This document shows, one piece after another, positions 9,836-21,839 of a DNA stretch of 64,000 nucleotides. The stretch's first letter is position 1. The number at the start of each line of letters is the position of its first letter. The notes below the pieces were generated by a model. It searched no databases, was not told the DNA's origin, and saw only the letters and a list, made by a program, of their open reading frames with translations. Position numbers and translations under genes: made by a program. This stretch comes from Diadema antillarum. Taxonomy: Eukaryota. The stretch is from assembly GCF_040938485.1 (NCBI RefSeq), contig NW_027271056.1:2666001-2730000 (forward strand), in the 5' to 3' direction.

Positions 9836-12800
9836 AAAAATTATATTTTGCGTTGATACTTTACGATCTTAGGCGTTGCATGTGATATCATCTTACGGAT
9901 AAAAGAAAACATGAAGCTTATGATGCAATAGTGTAAGTATGACAAGAACACTGTGTTCACTATCATTACCTCACACGCGCCTAATGGATAACCTTCTGTT
10001 TCTTTATGTGTTATGATTTGCCTCAATTTACTTCCAAGAAACTAATAAACAAAGGAAGAGACAGACAACATTCCATTCCTTAAAACAAATATTTCATAAT
10101 TTCTGCTGCAGTCGTATTTTCGTCTCATGAAGCACACGTAATAATGCTTACACAGGTAATGACATTCCTTTTTATTACATTCTTACGGTATAGAGCTATT
10201 TGAGTGAAAATGATGGAACTCGGGAGTACGCGTAAAAGCAAAAAAAAAAAAAGAAAAAAGATCAGGAGGGTGTGTAAATGAGGAAAATGAAGAAGAGAAG
10301 AAGACAAGTTAATAAAGAAGAGGAAAGGATAGTACGTGATTATGATAAACTCTTGAAGTTTTGATGTGGACACTTACTAAGTAGTACATATGCAAGTATG
10401 CCCTATCACTCCAGAAACGATTCTATTATGTCAGCGAGTGACTCAAATGAAAAAAAAACCACCAAATCATCCATCCTTTGAGGCTGTTTCCCTCATTCTT
10501 TTAATCATAATCATGTGTTCTTACTCACTATGTCCACATTTTACACTGGAACGTAATCGTAATGTTTGCAAATAATGAAAATTTATGTTTCATTTTATAC
10601 TTAAAAAAAGAATTTGCGTTTCATATATTGGCAAGGGCTAAAACAGCAAGATGTGAATCTGACAATCTTAATTATACTCAAAACACGGATAATGAACAGA
10701 GGGCATGAACACGCTATGCGTATATGCTTCTTATGTGCTCCGAGACCACATCAGCAATGCCCTCACAAAGGTCCGAATGTGATGAGATGACCAAAAAAGT
10801 AACGAGGAATTTCATATCACAATGTAAGTTCTATTCCCTCTTCCCCGATCCCAAGGGGGGAAAAATCCCATGGAGATTATCATCGGGTAAATATCTAGAG
10901 GAGATTATTGAATGTTATATCATGAGAGCTTGCTTTTTATTTCCGCCATGATCGTACTATTACTTATATATATACAGATAGACAATTTACTCACCGGCCG
11001 ACTTAAAGTAGTAATGTGTGCATGATAAAGTATCCGGCCTCCTGGACGGCTGAATATTGCTTTTTCGAGTGACACTGTTCTTATTCTTCTCCGATTTTGT
11101 CATCTGAAATCCCTTATCAATTTATGCGATAAAGCAGGCTTCCAGGTAAGTGTGCAAGTTCGTGTCGTAATCGTAAAAGTTTTCCAAGTTGAACACCAGA
11201 GGGAAATAAAATGGCGATGGTTGCGTCTAGTTACTCGTGGATACGTGATGGGGGGGGGGGGGGAATTTTCCCCTCATGACCCTTACAGTCAATGGTAGTC
11301 TCTGTCAAAGGCCCAATTGTCCGGTAGTAATTTCACGAGAAAGAGCAGAGAGCTGTAACGGCGTCAAGGTACTTACCAGGGGCCAGCCTGGTTATTTTGT
11401 CTCTGGAAACCTGTCGAATTGACTTAACTTATGCCTCTAAATTACTTTTGTCATCCTACTTTTGTTTTCCATCATGCCTTGACAATCTTTAAAAAGAAAA
11501 AGAAAAAAATAATTGTAGATCACTCGCTTTTGTTTCCTTTTCTTTCTTATGCCTCTTCTCAATTGATTTGTTTTTCCTGCCAGTACCACCCCTGGTTTTG
11601 TTCTTGTTCTTGTTATAGTCTTTTCCTTCTGACGTCATGATGACGAGATTTTCATACACGGAGTCCTTGACAGATCTTGAGATGCCATTATCTCCTAGAG
11701 AAATTCACAAAATTTACAAGCTATGATTTTTGTTGCTTACTTGTTAGACAAAGTAAAGACAAAGTTGCTATCATTGTATTATGCAGCATTGAAATTTGTG
11801 TGATTTGAATCTTTTATTCGTATAAGCGCTATGTTGGCCCTATATGCAAATTCAATTAAACTTAACCTTCAGTATTCATTAGCAAAATTTACAACTATTT
11901 GGCAGGGGCTCTGTTGGAAAAAAATATATAGTGCGTATGCAATAAAGACTAATGCAATTCAATACCCTACACTACATTTGAAAGTAGGGCCATGCATGAG
12001 TGCAGATTAGAGTATCGTCATGAGTAAATCCCCTTTTCTCGTTGTTGTTTCCTTCAGTGTATTTCAGATGGTAGTTAGCATAGCTTGAAGTCACTGTCCG
12101 TGTACATTTCTTTACGAAATGTACAACTGTATTATCACTTGCGATGTCAATTTCATCGTGGCAGCCACAGCGCGAATCACATACTTATCTGTACATGTAG
12201 AATTTTTGTTTCATCTCGTGTTTGCAAATGTAACATTGTCTGTATCTTTCTTTGATTGTTTTGAAGTCCATTGATTTGAAACCGCATGGCATGCAAACCC
12301 ATAGATGCGTTTCCCCCTTGACGCAAATAACCGAGAAATAATACGATCTAAAAGAAAGACCCTTGTCATCGACAATGCATTGGCATCGTAAATATAAAAG
12401 TGAGGGCGCCATAGCTTTCAAATCTACGGAGCCCTTCAAAAACCATGCACACGTCACGTGTGGCGAACGGCGAGCGTAATGCCAGAGCAACCATGATATT
12501 TTCGAAACTTATACCACCATTTCGTCTTTTATCATATTCAAGATCTACGCTAAGAACGAATAAAGGTCCGTTACCTTCAACAGATGTGTGTGATAAACCG
12601 AATTTCCAGTGATTGCATCAAATACCCAAGAAACGGTGACTTTTGTGAAGGCCAATCAGAGGGCGATCTAAGTTCATGAGTTTTGTATAGTCCAGCCTCT
12701 GAACTTTTTCTCCTGGCGGAAGAAGGGCTTCGGGTCGCTCGATCAGAGGATTTGCACCATCTCAGTCTGTCAGGAACGGAAATATGTACCGATAAAAAAG

Positions 12801-15257
12801 GGACGGCATCCACAGTTGTGACTTGTTGTTGTTGTTGTTGTTGTTGTTCTTGTGTTAAAAAGGGAAATTGAACCCTATCAAAATTAATTTGCCCCAAACA
12901 ATACTGTCATCAAATCAGACCACAATATTTAATCATAAACAAATCGAACATTATTTTTTACATTGTTATGAAATATATTAATCTCCACGAGGGAGCGCAT
13001 AATGATCGGGTGGTCTTGGGTTAATTCTTGCTTGGATTTGGTGGTCTTGTCTCTATCATTTCCATCTCACAAATGTCTCTCATCATTAAGATTACTGTTG
13101 CAAGGTTAGTCCTTTGAATATTTTCTTTCACTAAGAATAGCAACATTGTCGTATCAGTAAAGTTCTTCAGCAATATTAGACTTCTTTGAATCATCGGTTA
13201 TTTTCTTCGGTTGAATGTTCTGATCTAAAAACCTACACATATGATAGGAAGTCGTCTATTTATAATTTCTCTCAAACTCTGACTTATCTATTTTTTTTGA
13301 AGCCATATGACTCACTTCAACTTTAAAAACTTTTCAATACGTTATAATAACCTAAATATTACATTGTACTTTGGCAAAAACAGATGATGGTTGAGCAACG
13401 CAATATAGAAATGATAGGAAAGCCATGAGGAAATCACAATAATAGTTTATCGATTTAATCTCCAGTATTGGAAATGACGTCACATCTTCGTATACATGTA
13501 CGTACAAACTTTTCTTTGTTTTCTTCAAAAGGAGTCTCTTTGAAACTTACACTAAAACACACGCTGGAAAGAGCTTGGCATATTTACACATGAATCTAAT
13601 AATATATCACTAACTTGTTACCACCTGTTCAACCAATCAAACTGTGCAATTAAGTCGTACTTATATCAATCGCTGAATTTTCACTCCTTTAACAATGAGA
13701 GAAACCTAAGAATATTTCGGAATCGAGAAGAGAAACGACTAAAACTGAATCCTCAGCACATCACGTTTGGGCTCAGAACTTAAATTATTGATTATTTCGC
13801 GAACATTTTCTTAAACTCAGTCCAACAGATAAAATATTTAATGTCATTTAACATCCAGATTTCTTTATTTCGAAAAGTTTTCCTCTTTGACGCATTCTGA
13901 CCTTTAAAAAGTCACCACCACACGTACCTTACTCTTTACACATTTCTGACATTTCTTTTTCTTTTTCTTTGCTTTTTCTTCTTCATCATAAACATCTCGA
14001 TTCTAAAAATATGTAATATCTGTGTACAGAAGAAAAGAATAAACAAATAAAAAACCGTTTGAATCTTTGAATATTGAAACTGCCATTTTTCCTGCTTATT
14101 AGCCGCAGCTTGTATAACGTTGGACACATTATCGAATAAACGACAGCACGGCTGATATTCTTACTTCTGAATATCCACAACGAATGCATATCGCTATCTT
14201 GTTAATGGGGTAATTTGATATTTTTTACCTTGTTCAGTTAAAATAAAGACCCTGTCACACTACAGGGAGCAAAACTAACGTGTGACCAACTCTGTTGAAA
14301 TTTTTGGTGTGCGTTGGCGTAAGTTGTCATTCGTGACAAGTTTGACTTACGTTGTACATATGCTAGTATTGAGCCCCTCCCCCCCCCCCCAAAAAAAAAA
14401 AAAAATGGCTTGCAAATCTAACCAATTTGCAGGTATTTTGTCTACATCAATTTTTTTTTTTTGGGGGGGGGGGAATACGACACTCTATAGCGTAAATTTG
14501 CTCTATAAACTGCAAAAAGAAGGCCGTTGGAGAATAGAACGATATCTTAAGAGTAAAACACACTATTATTCTATGGAACATGTCGAACCAATTCACCAGT
14601 TCACGCAAATTTACATTTTGTTCATAAATCACTCCGGCAATAACTGTTATGGTCAAAGCCAAGATATGAATATAAAGCGCATGAGGAAACTGCGTTTTTA
14701 AATGTTGAGCCTATAACATCACGTACACATGGTTGGTGACGTCCTCAATGGCTATCCAACACTGCTCGACATCAATATCGAAGCATACAACGATGGTACT
14801 TGGCGAATGCCATTGAATGAGCAGTCGACAAGTATGCCCCCCCCCCCCCCCACAAAAAAAAAGTCTTCTTTGTCTTGTACAGAATCAATTTTACACCCAA
14901 TCATAGCACGTGGGATCCGTATGGTAACAAGAAATATCAGGAATGTACGCACTGTCAAACAGACACAAATTATATGTAAGGATGAAATATCAATGACTTT
15001 TTAACAATGATTCGTGTTCCATGTTCGGATGCAATTATCAAAAATGTTTGATCTTCGGATCTTTCTAAGATTGTTTTTTTTTTTCATCGGTACGGCGTAT
15101 TTTATAATGTAAGCGGAGGAGACATTATCATGATGATGAAAATTTATATATCGCTGGCCTGGGAATAAATGCGGAAGAAAGAGTTTATTAACAATGCTGG
15201 GAAAGGTTCAGTCTTTATTTGTTTTGTGTTCTTGTTTTGGTTTCCTTGTGTCACCCC

Positions 15258-18200
15258 TCAGTAGTTAGATGCTGGGACTTCCTTGATGATGATCCTTGAG
15301 GCGCTGTTCCATCCCGTGTAGGCGTCGTAGTCCCCGTACCCGGAGCAGTCCCCGACCATGAACTTCACGTCCACGCTGCCTGCAGCCACGTTGTGACAGT
15401 AGCCTATCATTTGACATGGGTGAAAAAATATGCAAATAATGGTCTCCCGTAGTCCTATCGACTGATTTGAGCAAATTTGAAATATCAATAGTTTCATATT
15501 TTCTTTCAAAAGTAAATCTTTACAACATAAGTCTTTTTTATAAGATGATATCAAAAGTAATTCGCCTGTGTGGACGTAAAGACCTAGTTTTCTTGGACTG
15601 TCCAACGTCAAAGCCCACTGGCATACCAACACACGCGCGAGCTTTCAGTCCATTTCACGTCCGTTAGCTACGCTTTGTTCCTTTAAGCCAAGTACACTTT
15701 TCATTAAACGTTCGATCGATGTCTTCTTTACATGTTTTAAATGTTCATGCGTAATCGTGTTCATTGGTTTTGAATATTTTGTAAAGCATATCTTGGTTGT
15801 GATAACTGTTACTCTTCATGTCTTTTAATCTTTTCGTAGGGGACCCAATATGTGTTCAGTGTAATTGTTATTGTCTGTATGTTTGAAAAGTATCCTTTTA
15901 GGTTCTTACCTACTGTGAAGACAAAAATTTTCGCGAATTTCAAGAGAAGCCAAGATTCGCAAAAACTTGAAATGCATGCGAAATTTCTGGTCTACATTAT
16001 GTATTGAATGCCAGTAGTAATTCGTAAAAACTTCATTCAGCGAAAGAGACCGTCCGCTTCAATCCGCAAAAATGTCATGCCAGAGATATTTCTGGGTTTG
16101 TAGTACGTAGTGAACTTTTTCTGTTGTGAATTTTACTGCTGGCACTGAGCTGCACAAGCTTGAATTGTTAAAACAGCTTTAAACCAACCCAAATCTACCT
16201 CCAAGTCGACACAAATAGGACATTAATAACTTACCTTGAATACTCCTGTGCCGGTGAAGATTCATGTAGTAAGTGTTTTCCTGGTAGACTACGCCGTCAA
16301 TGGGAGTGGGAGAACATTCGTCGTCGTTGAAGGTAAAGTACCATCGCTTGCAGCAACCGGTACAGCCGTAGAGACGGATGTTTCCTCCGTAGTAGACCCA
16401 TAAAGCCGAACTGCTTTCTTTCTTATTAAACGTACACGTCTGAAGAAAGAAAAAACAAAACAACCAACAAAACAAACAAGGAAATGCAGTTATTCTAGTA
16501 GAGCCATTGGTTAGGTTACCTGACCGGCAGAGCCTCTTTCTCACTGATGAGAGTGAAGAACAATTAAAAAAAAAAAAACATCATGGAAGCAGACAAAATC
16601 GCATGAATAATCAAGTTCAAGTTCAAGTTCAAATTTATTTTCATTTCCATCAAATAAACAGAGAAAATTATATACAATGTATAAGCAGAACATATTTGTA
16701 ATATTTGCAATAACGCGAATTAGCAAAATACATGTGATAATGAGTAACAAAATGAAGAAACATAATTGTTTTCAAATTACGGCGCAATATCTTTTTTGTT
16801 CTCAAAATGACGTTAGGTATCTTTAAAACCTTAAATAATTCCAATGTATGGATTGGACAACGATGAACATTAGTAACATTACTGGTGTACCAAGAAACTT
16901 ACGTAGATTGTATCGTAGTCGTTCCCATTGGCAGAATACCAGGCACACTGTTTCCAGTTGTTATACTCGAGGAGTTCCCCCGGGCCCGCATCTCCGGTAG
17001 CACCCTGTGGCCCTGGGGGTCCGGGAGGTCCCACCGGTCCTTGAGCGCAAGACTAAAACAAACAATTGCATTAACTATCTCTGGACCACCGAAATCTACG
17101 GGCCGTGTCACACCTTTCCGGGCAAGCCTTGCGTGCGCCTTGCGAAGAACAATTTTTACTACCCGGAGCCGGAGGTCCCCCAGATGACCCGCACATGACA
17201 GTACCTAGCACGTATCTCACCCTTGGTCGCCCGGAGGTGCGCACGTAAATCTTTTCACCCGCATCTATGTTTAGGCCCTGTCACACCTTTCCGGGCAAGT
17301 TACGAGGGCTTGTTGAGTGTAGAGATTTTCCAGCATACCGGAAATTCCTGAGGGCGGACAAGGATTTGAGCGAGTCAGTGCACGTGTCTTACAAGCTGGA
17401 CGCTCTCTAATTAAGTTCTACTTGCGGTTATTCTGTGTGACCTGCGTGCCAGGCGCGTGGGGCTGATAACTCAGTGAAAGAATTCCTCTGAAGGAATGGC
17501 AGAAGTCCCACAGAATGTCATTATCTTGGCTGCATACGGGGACTGCGAAGAACTGTGTGGGAGTTGTCTTCGAGGTGCTGCCGCTAAGGGCCTCCTACTG
17601 GCGTTCTGCGTGGACCTCTGCGGGCAAAAGTTTTGGTCATGCTCAAAACTTGGCTGCGGGTAAATCGGACTTGCGTGCGCACCTCCTGGCAACTATGGCA
17701 AGATAGGTACTGCCAGGTGCGGACCAACTGCGGAGAGCTCCGGGTAGTAAATTTTTTTTTCCCCTTAAGTCAACCCGCAAAACTCCCCCAGATACGGTAT
17801 GAAAAGGCCTTGAGCATGCTCAAAACTTGTTCCGAATGAGTCGCGGGGGTTCGCCCGCAGAGATACACGCAGAACACTAGTAGGAGACCCTTACCGGCAG
17901 CACCTTGCGGGCAACTCCAACGCAGGTACTTCTCGGTACCCGTAAGTCGCTCGTAACAGAAAACGGATCGGTTTCAAAGCTCTCACGCAGGTCACACGGA
18001 ATACACGCAAGTAGAAGGTAAGTAGCACGAGTCTAGCAGGTAAGACACAAGTGCAAAACTCGCAAACATTCTTGTCCGCCCGCAGAAAATTCTCCTGCGT
18101 GCTGGAAAATCCCTACTCGCAACAAGCCCGCGTAGCTTGCCCGGAAAGGTGTGACACGGCCTTAAGACTTAGCATCAAAATGTTAATGATAAGAATGAAA

Positions 18201-19333
18201 TATTGATGAAAGCACTCAGTATTATGAATTTAATTTGAATGAAAGATGTATGATCAAGTAAGTGTAGCACACCATCGAAAAGAATTCTTAAGTAATCTAC
18301 CTTCTAGAAAAACAGTCATCAATCTACAGTTTGTCAATATTCAAATGGTCAAACGAAAATGGTTTTTCTATATTGAAAGTAATTGAAACGTTAGATAGAG
18401 GAAAACCAATTTTGATGGCACTATATACGCATGTTTAATTTTGTGATAAGTGTGTCTTTCGTCATAACTGCTTCGGAAATTTCGGAAAAATGTCTTCCAG
18501 AGGTTTTTAGGTAAATAATTCAAACGTGACCCGGCAATGTGTATCAAAGGAACTAAACTCCGCAGGGAAAGACTTTCGCCAAATTTTGACATCTTCTGGT
18601 TTTCGATGTTTACCCTATCCTGATTATATGAGAGGCAGCACGGTTACCAAAAGGTATCACTCCTGATAATGACTTCACTTTAAAAAAAAAAAAAGAAATC
18701 ACTTTACACTGTTTTCGGATTACCAGACTGCATTTACCTATGTAGTAAGTTTCTCTGTTTACATGGCAGTACTTTGATGATTTTAATACTATATATAGCC
18801 AGGGATGTGTATGACACCTTAATGTGACATATCAGGAAGAGTTAAATTAGATCAAATTCATTTCAATTCAGTAATTCTTCATTTGCTCATTTATAAACAT
18901 CTGTATTAAAAAAAAACCATATCACAGTTATGAAAATAAAAGGCCTTCTCTTTCTTTCGAAAAAATGGAAATGTAAAAAGTAACATGTTATATTGTCAAC
19001 TGAGCAGTAACACATGTCAGAATGTCGAGAAGTGATTTTTTTAAGTGATGCTTNNNNNNNNNNNNNNNNNNNNNNNNNNNNNNNNNNNNNNNNNNNNNNN
19101 NNNNNNNNNNNNNNNNNNNNNNNNNNNNNNNNNNNNNNNNNNNNNNNNNNNNNNNNNNNNNNNNNNNNNNNNNNNNNNNNNNNNNNNNNNCATCCCTGAT
19201 GAAGAGGAAGGATCCTCGAAAATTCGGATTATTCATTGAATCAAGATTGGCTTTTCATGCATTCCTCTGTTGTGACATTATTATTGCTATTTCTAGTACT
19301 GCCAATACGCGGAGCAACTACAATATATATATG

Positions 19334-19383
<50 letters not shown>

Positions 19384-20141
19384 AAGACCTGAAATATGAC
19401 AGGCCTTCGTAACGCAGTAATTGTTACATTTCCTAAGTGCATGTGACAGAATTTTAATGGCGATTGTAAGATCATTCTTCAATATTAGAAATCGAGTCTT
19501 CAGAGCTAAACTCAGATAAAAGGAGATATCTGCTTCGTTAATATCACTAACGGAGTAAAATTCGTGATACCACATTAGCTATACCAAGAGTGAAATTGAT
19601 AATATCAAGAACTTAATTTGTAGTGTGTAAAAGTGGTATCCTCTTGGAATGCAAAGTCTTTTTCAATGTCAAAAATGGAATCTATGATATCACGAATCTA
19701 TGTATTATCATTAACTGTATACTTGATACTTGATATGAAAGAATGAATAATAATAGGACTTATCATAAGCCCAAATAAGTATTTGTATATACAAAATGTC
19801 ACCTTATTTTAATCTTGAAAAACAACTATGATGTAGAATCATACTGAAATGAATCGAAATTAATGTCAATTTCTATATATAAAACATTGCTGACAAATCT
19901 ACCTCTCCATACAAGAATTTCGAATCCCCTTAGACTTAAAGAGCACTCAAAAGCATCATAAACAATGCACACACCGGAAAAAAAATAAGCAAAACACATA
20001 TAACAATAGCTTTCATTATTATTTTTTTAAAACCAGGTTACATTGTGACAAGAAACTTTTATTTAAAAAAAAACTTACCGCTCCCCATGCATGAATACAT
20101 GGAAGAGTGAAACCGAGTAAAATGATGAGGCTATACAGCAT
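15258..20141 (-). CDS. CTHRC1: CTHRC1-like secreted collagen triple helix repeat-containing protein, copy A (187 aa)
   Basis: Exons 20141-20079 (MLYSLIILLGFTLPCIHAWGA), 17052-16903 (SCAQGPVGPPGPPGPQGATGDAGPGELLEYNNWKQCAW...DTIY), 16439-16235 (TCTFNKKESSSALWVYYGGNIRLYGCTGCCKRWYFTFNDDECSP...HRHRSIQ), 15403-15258 (GYCHNVAAGSVDVKFMVGDCSGYGDYDAYTGWNSASRIIIKEVPASNY*). All introns GT-AG, phases 0/0/1. Carries the CTHRC1 motifs NWKQC, CC.RWYFTFN..EC and TGWNS.SRIII.E. Confidence 0.92.
15913..16103. mobile_element. degenerate Tc1/pogo(Tigger)-like MITE in intron 3 of copy A
   Basis: Flanked by TA on both sides (ta|ctgtgaa...tttgtag|ta), with repeated ttcgc/gcgaa subterminal motifs. TIRs are decayed. 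Confidence 0.4.
17274..18161. mobile_element. PIF/Harbinger-type (Tourist-like) MITE in intron 1 of copy A
   Basis: TIRs GGCCCTGTCACACCTTTCCGGGCAAG / CTTGCCCGGAAAGGTGTGACACGGCC, with imperfect complementarity for over 100 bp. 3-bp TTA TSD at 17271-17273 and 18162-18164. GC-rich, no transposase. Confidence 0.8.
19054..19190. other. assembly gap (N run) in intron 1 of copy A
   Basis: Run of N. Confidence 0.95.
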
Positions 20142-21738
20142 TTCTTCGATTCGAGCAGCTTGATTTATTCCCGAAATAATTCCATCAGTATACTTTAAAA
20201 GAAGATTAGCGGACGAAGCTGGATAGTTAGAATATCAAATCTCATCTACCTATCTCGTGCGAGACACTTCTCTTGCTAGAGGTGTTATGAAAGGAATCCC
20301 TCTTGTTCATTACTCAGAGAAAGTGCATTGTAAAGGCAATCAATACGAGCCATAAGTATGGCTGACTGTCACCGTGTGACTATCATACAGTGTACTAGTA
20401 TACAGTTTTTCAGGTCTGGGTTAATCAATATGCATAGGCACAAGTATTGCAGAGTGTTTCGATTATGACGCAACAATGGACCTGTTGCTATACGTATAAC
20501 GCATATTGGTGGCCTTGAGAGATGCAGTCACAAAGAAGAAAGGAAATTGGGAACAATATTGTCTAAAAGTGTGCCTGAAGTCTACCTCTGATTGACAAGA
20601 TCTAGTTTTTGCAAACTTATAGATAATTTTTGACATATTGATATGTATAAATGTTTCGATGCCCCCACTTTTTTTTAGCACGATTATGATTAGGGCGATA
20701 ATAGAAAACAAGTCAAGTCGTATTTATTTGTTTTTCTTGAAGGATTATAACAGCAATGGATGAAGATCTTCTTACCATCATGGTTAACATTCTTATACTT
20801 CATTGTACTTTCTGAGGCACAAGATAGAATATTTCCCCTACGACTAATTTAGACTTCAAACAAACAGCTTAGCTTAAGTGCCTCCAAATCAGGAATTTCA
20901 ACAGTGAATTTCAGATGATGAAATACAATCTATAAATGTTTTTAATGAAGATTATGTCTTGTAATTAGCTGAATTCAAGTCAGTTTATTAGATAGATGGA
21001 AACGGAAAGATGTTGTAACTACAATAGACATTGATTATTAGACCATGTTTACTCGGAAGGAGCAGTAATTTTGTGCTAAGGGCTTACGCTGGCTTCGATG
21101 TCTTCCAAACAATCACAGACAAAATTCTTTCTACAGATTCCGTAAAAAGTTATGTTTAGATTAATATTATTGGTGATCTTCTTCATTAAAACTGCATCAT
21201 AGTTATGAGGTACATAGTAGGTTAAAAAAAAAATATATATATATGTATTTTAAAGCACAATTTCTAGCTTTCAAATTATTGTATTGACATATACACTGCT
21301 CTCTTCAATACAAATATTGTACTTATTCATGGATGTCCTGATAGTGCAGAAAACAGTAGGCGAAAGCTCACACAAGGTAAATAGATTTTTGATTGTGAAC
21401 TAGTGAAATTCGCATTTATTAGTGACAGTATTAGTTTAACATTTTTGTATGCCGGAGTGTGTGTATTTTTCTGTTATCACGCATTTGAACATCACGCAAT
21501 ATTCAGTCAGCAAGGTTCCACAGTTTCTGAAATTGGATCACAACAATATTCAACATTTCCATCAGATTACGAAGATTGTGGAGATGATGATGAGGATCTT
21601 GATTATTGTGAAGGAAAAACACATCATCAAACTGAAATGACTCAGTTGATTTGAGAAGATAAGGAAAAGATCGAAAATCAGTTTAAGCCTTATCAATGGG
21701 TCCTGCGAAACCAATAAAAACACACCCACGAAAAAGAA

Positions 21739-21800
<62 letters not shown>

Positions 21801-21839
21801 CCAATCTTTTTATATCATTAATCAATGCTGCCACTTCTC

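Noticed and set aside
12577-12897. 106-aa ORF with poly-Q
   Set aside because: The poly-Q is a (CAA)n microsatellite and the rest has no motif; covered only as part of the decayed region.
15403-15420. Purine-rich acceptor of copy A exon 4 as a sign of pseudogenisation
   Set aside because: Other copies also have weak pyrimidine tracts (E and F exon 2), the AG is intact and the ORF is conserved.
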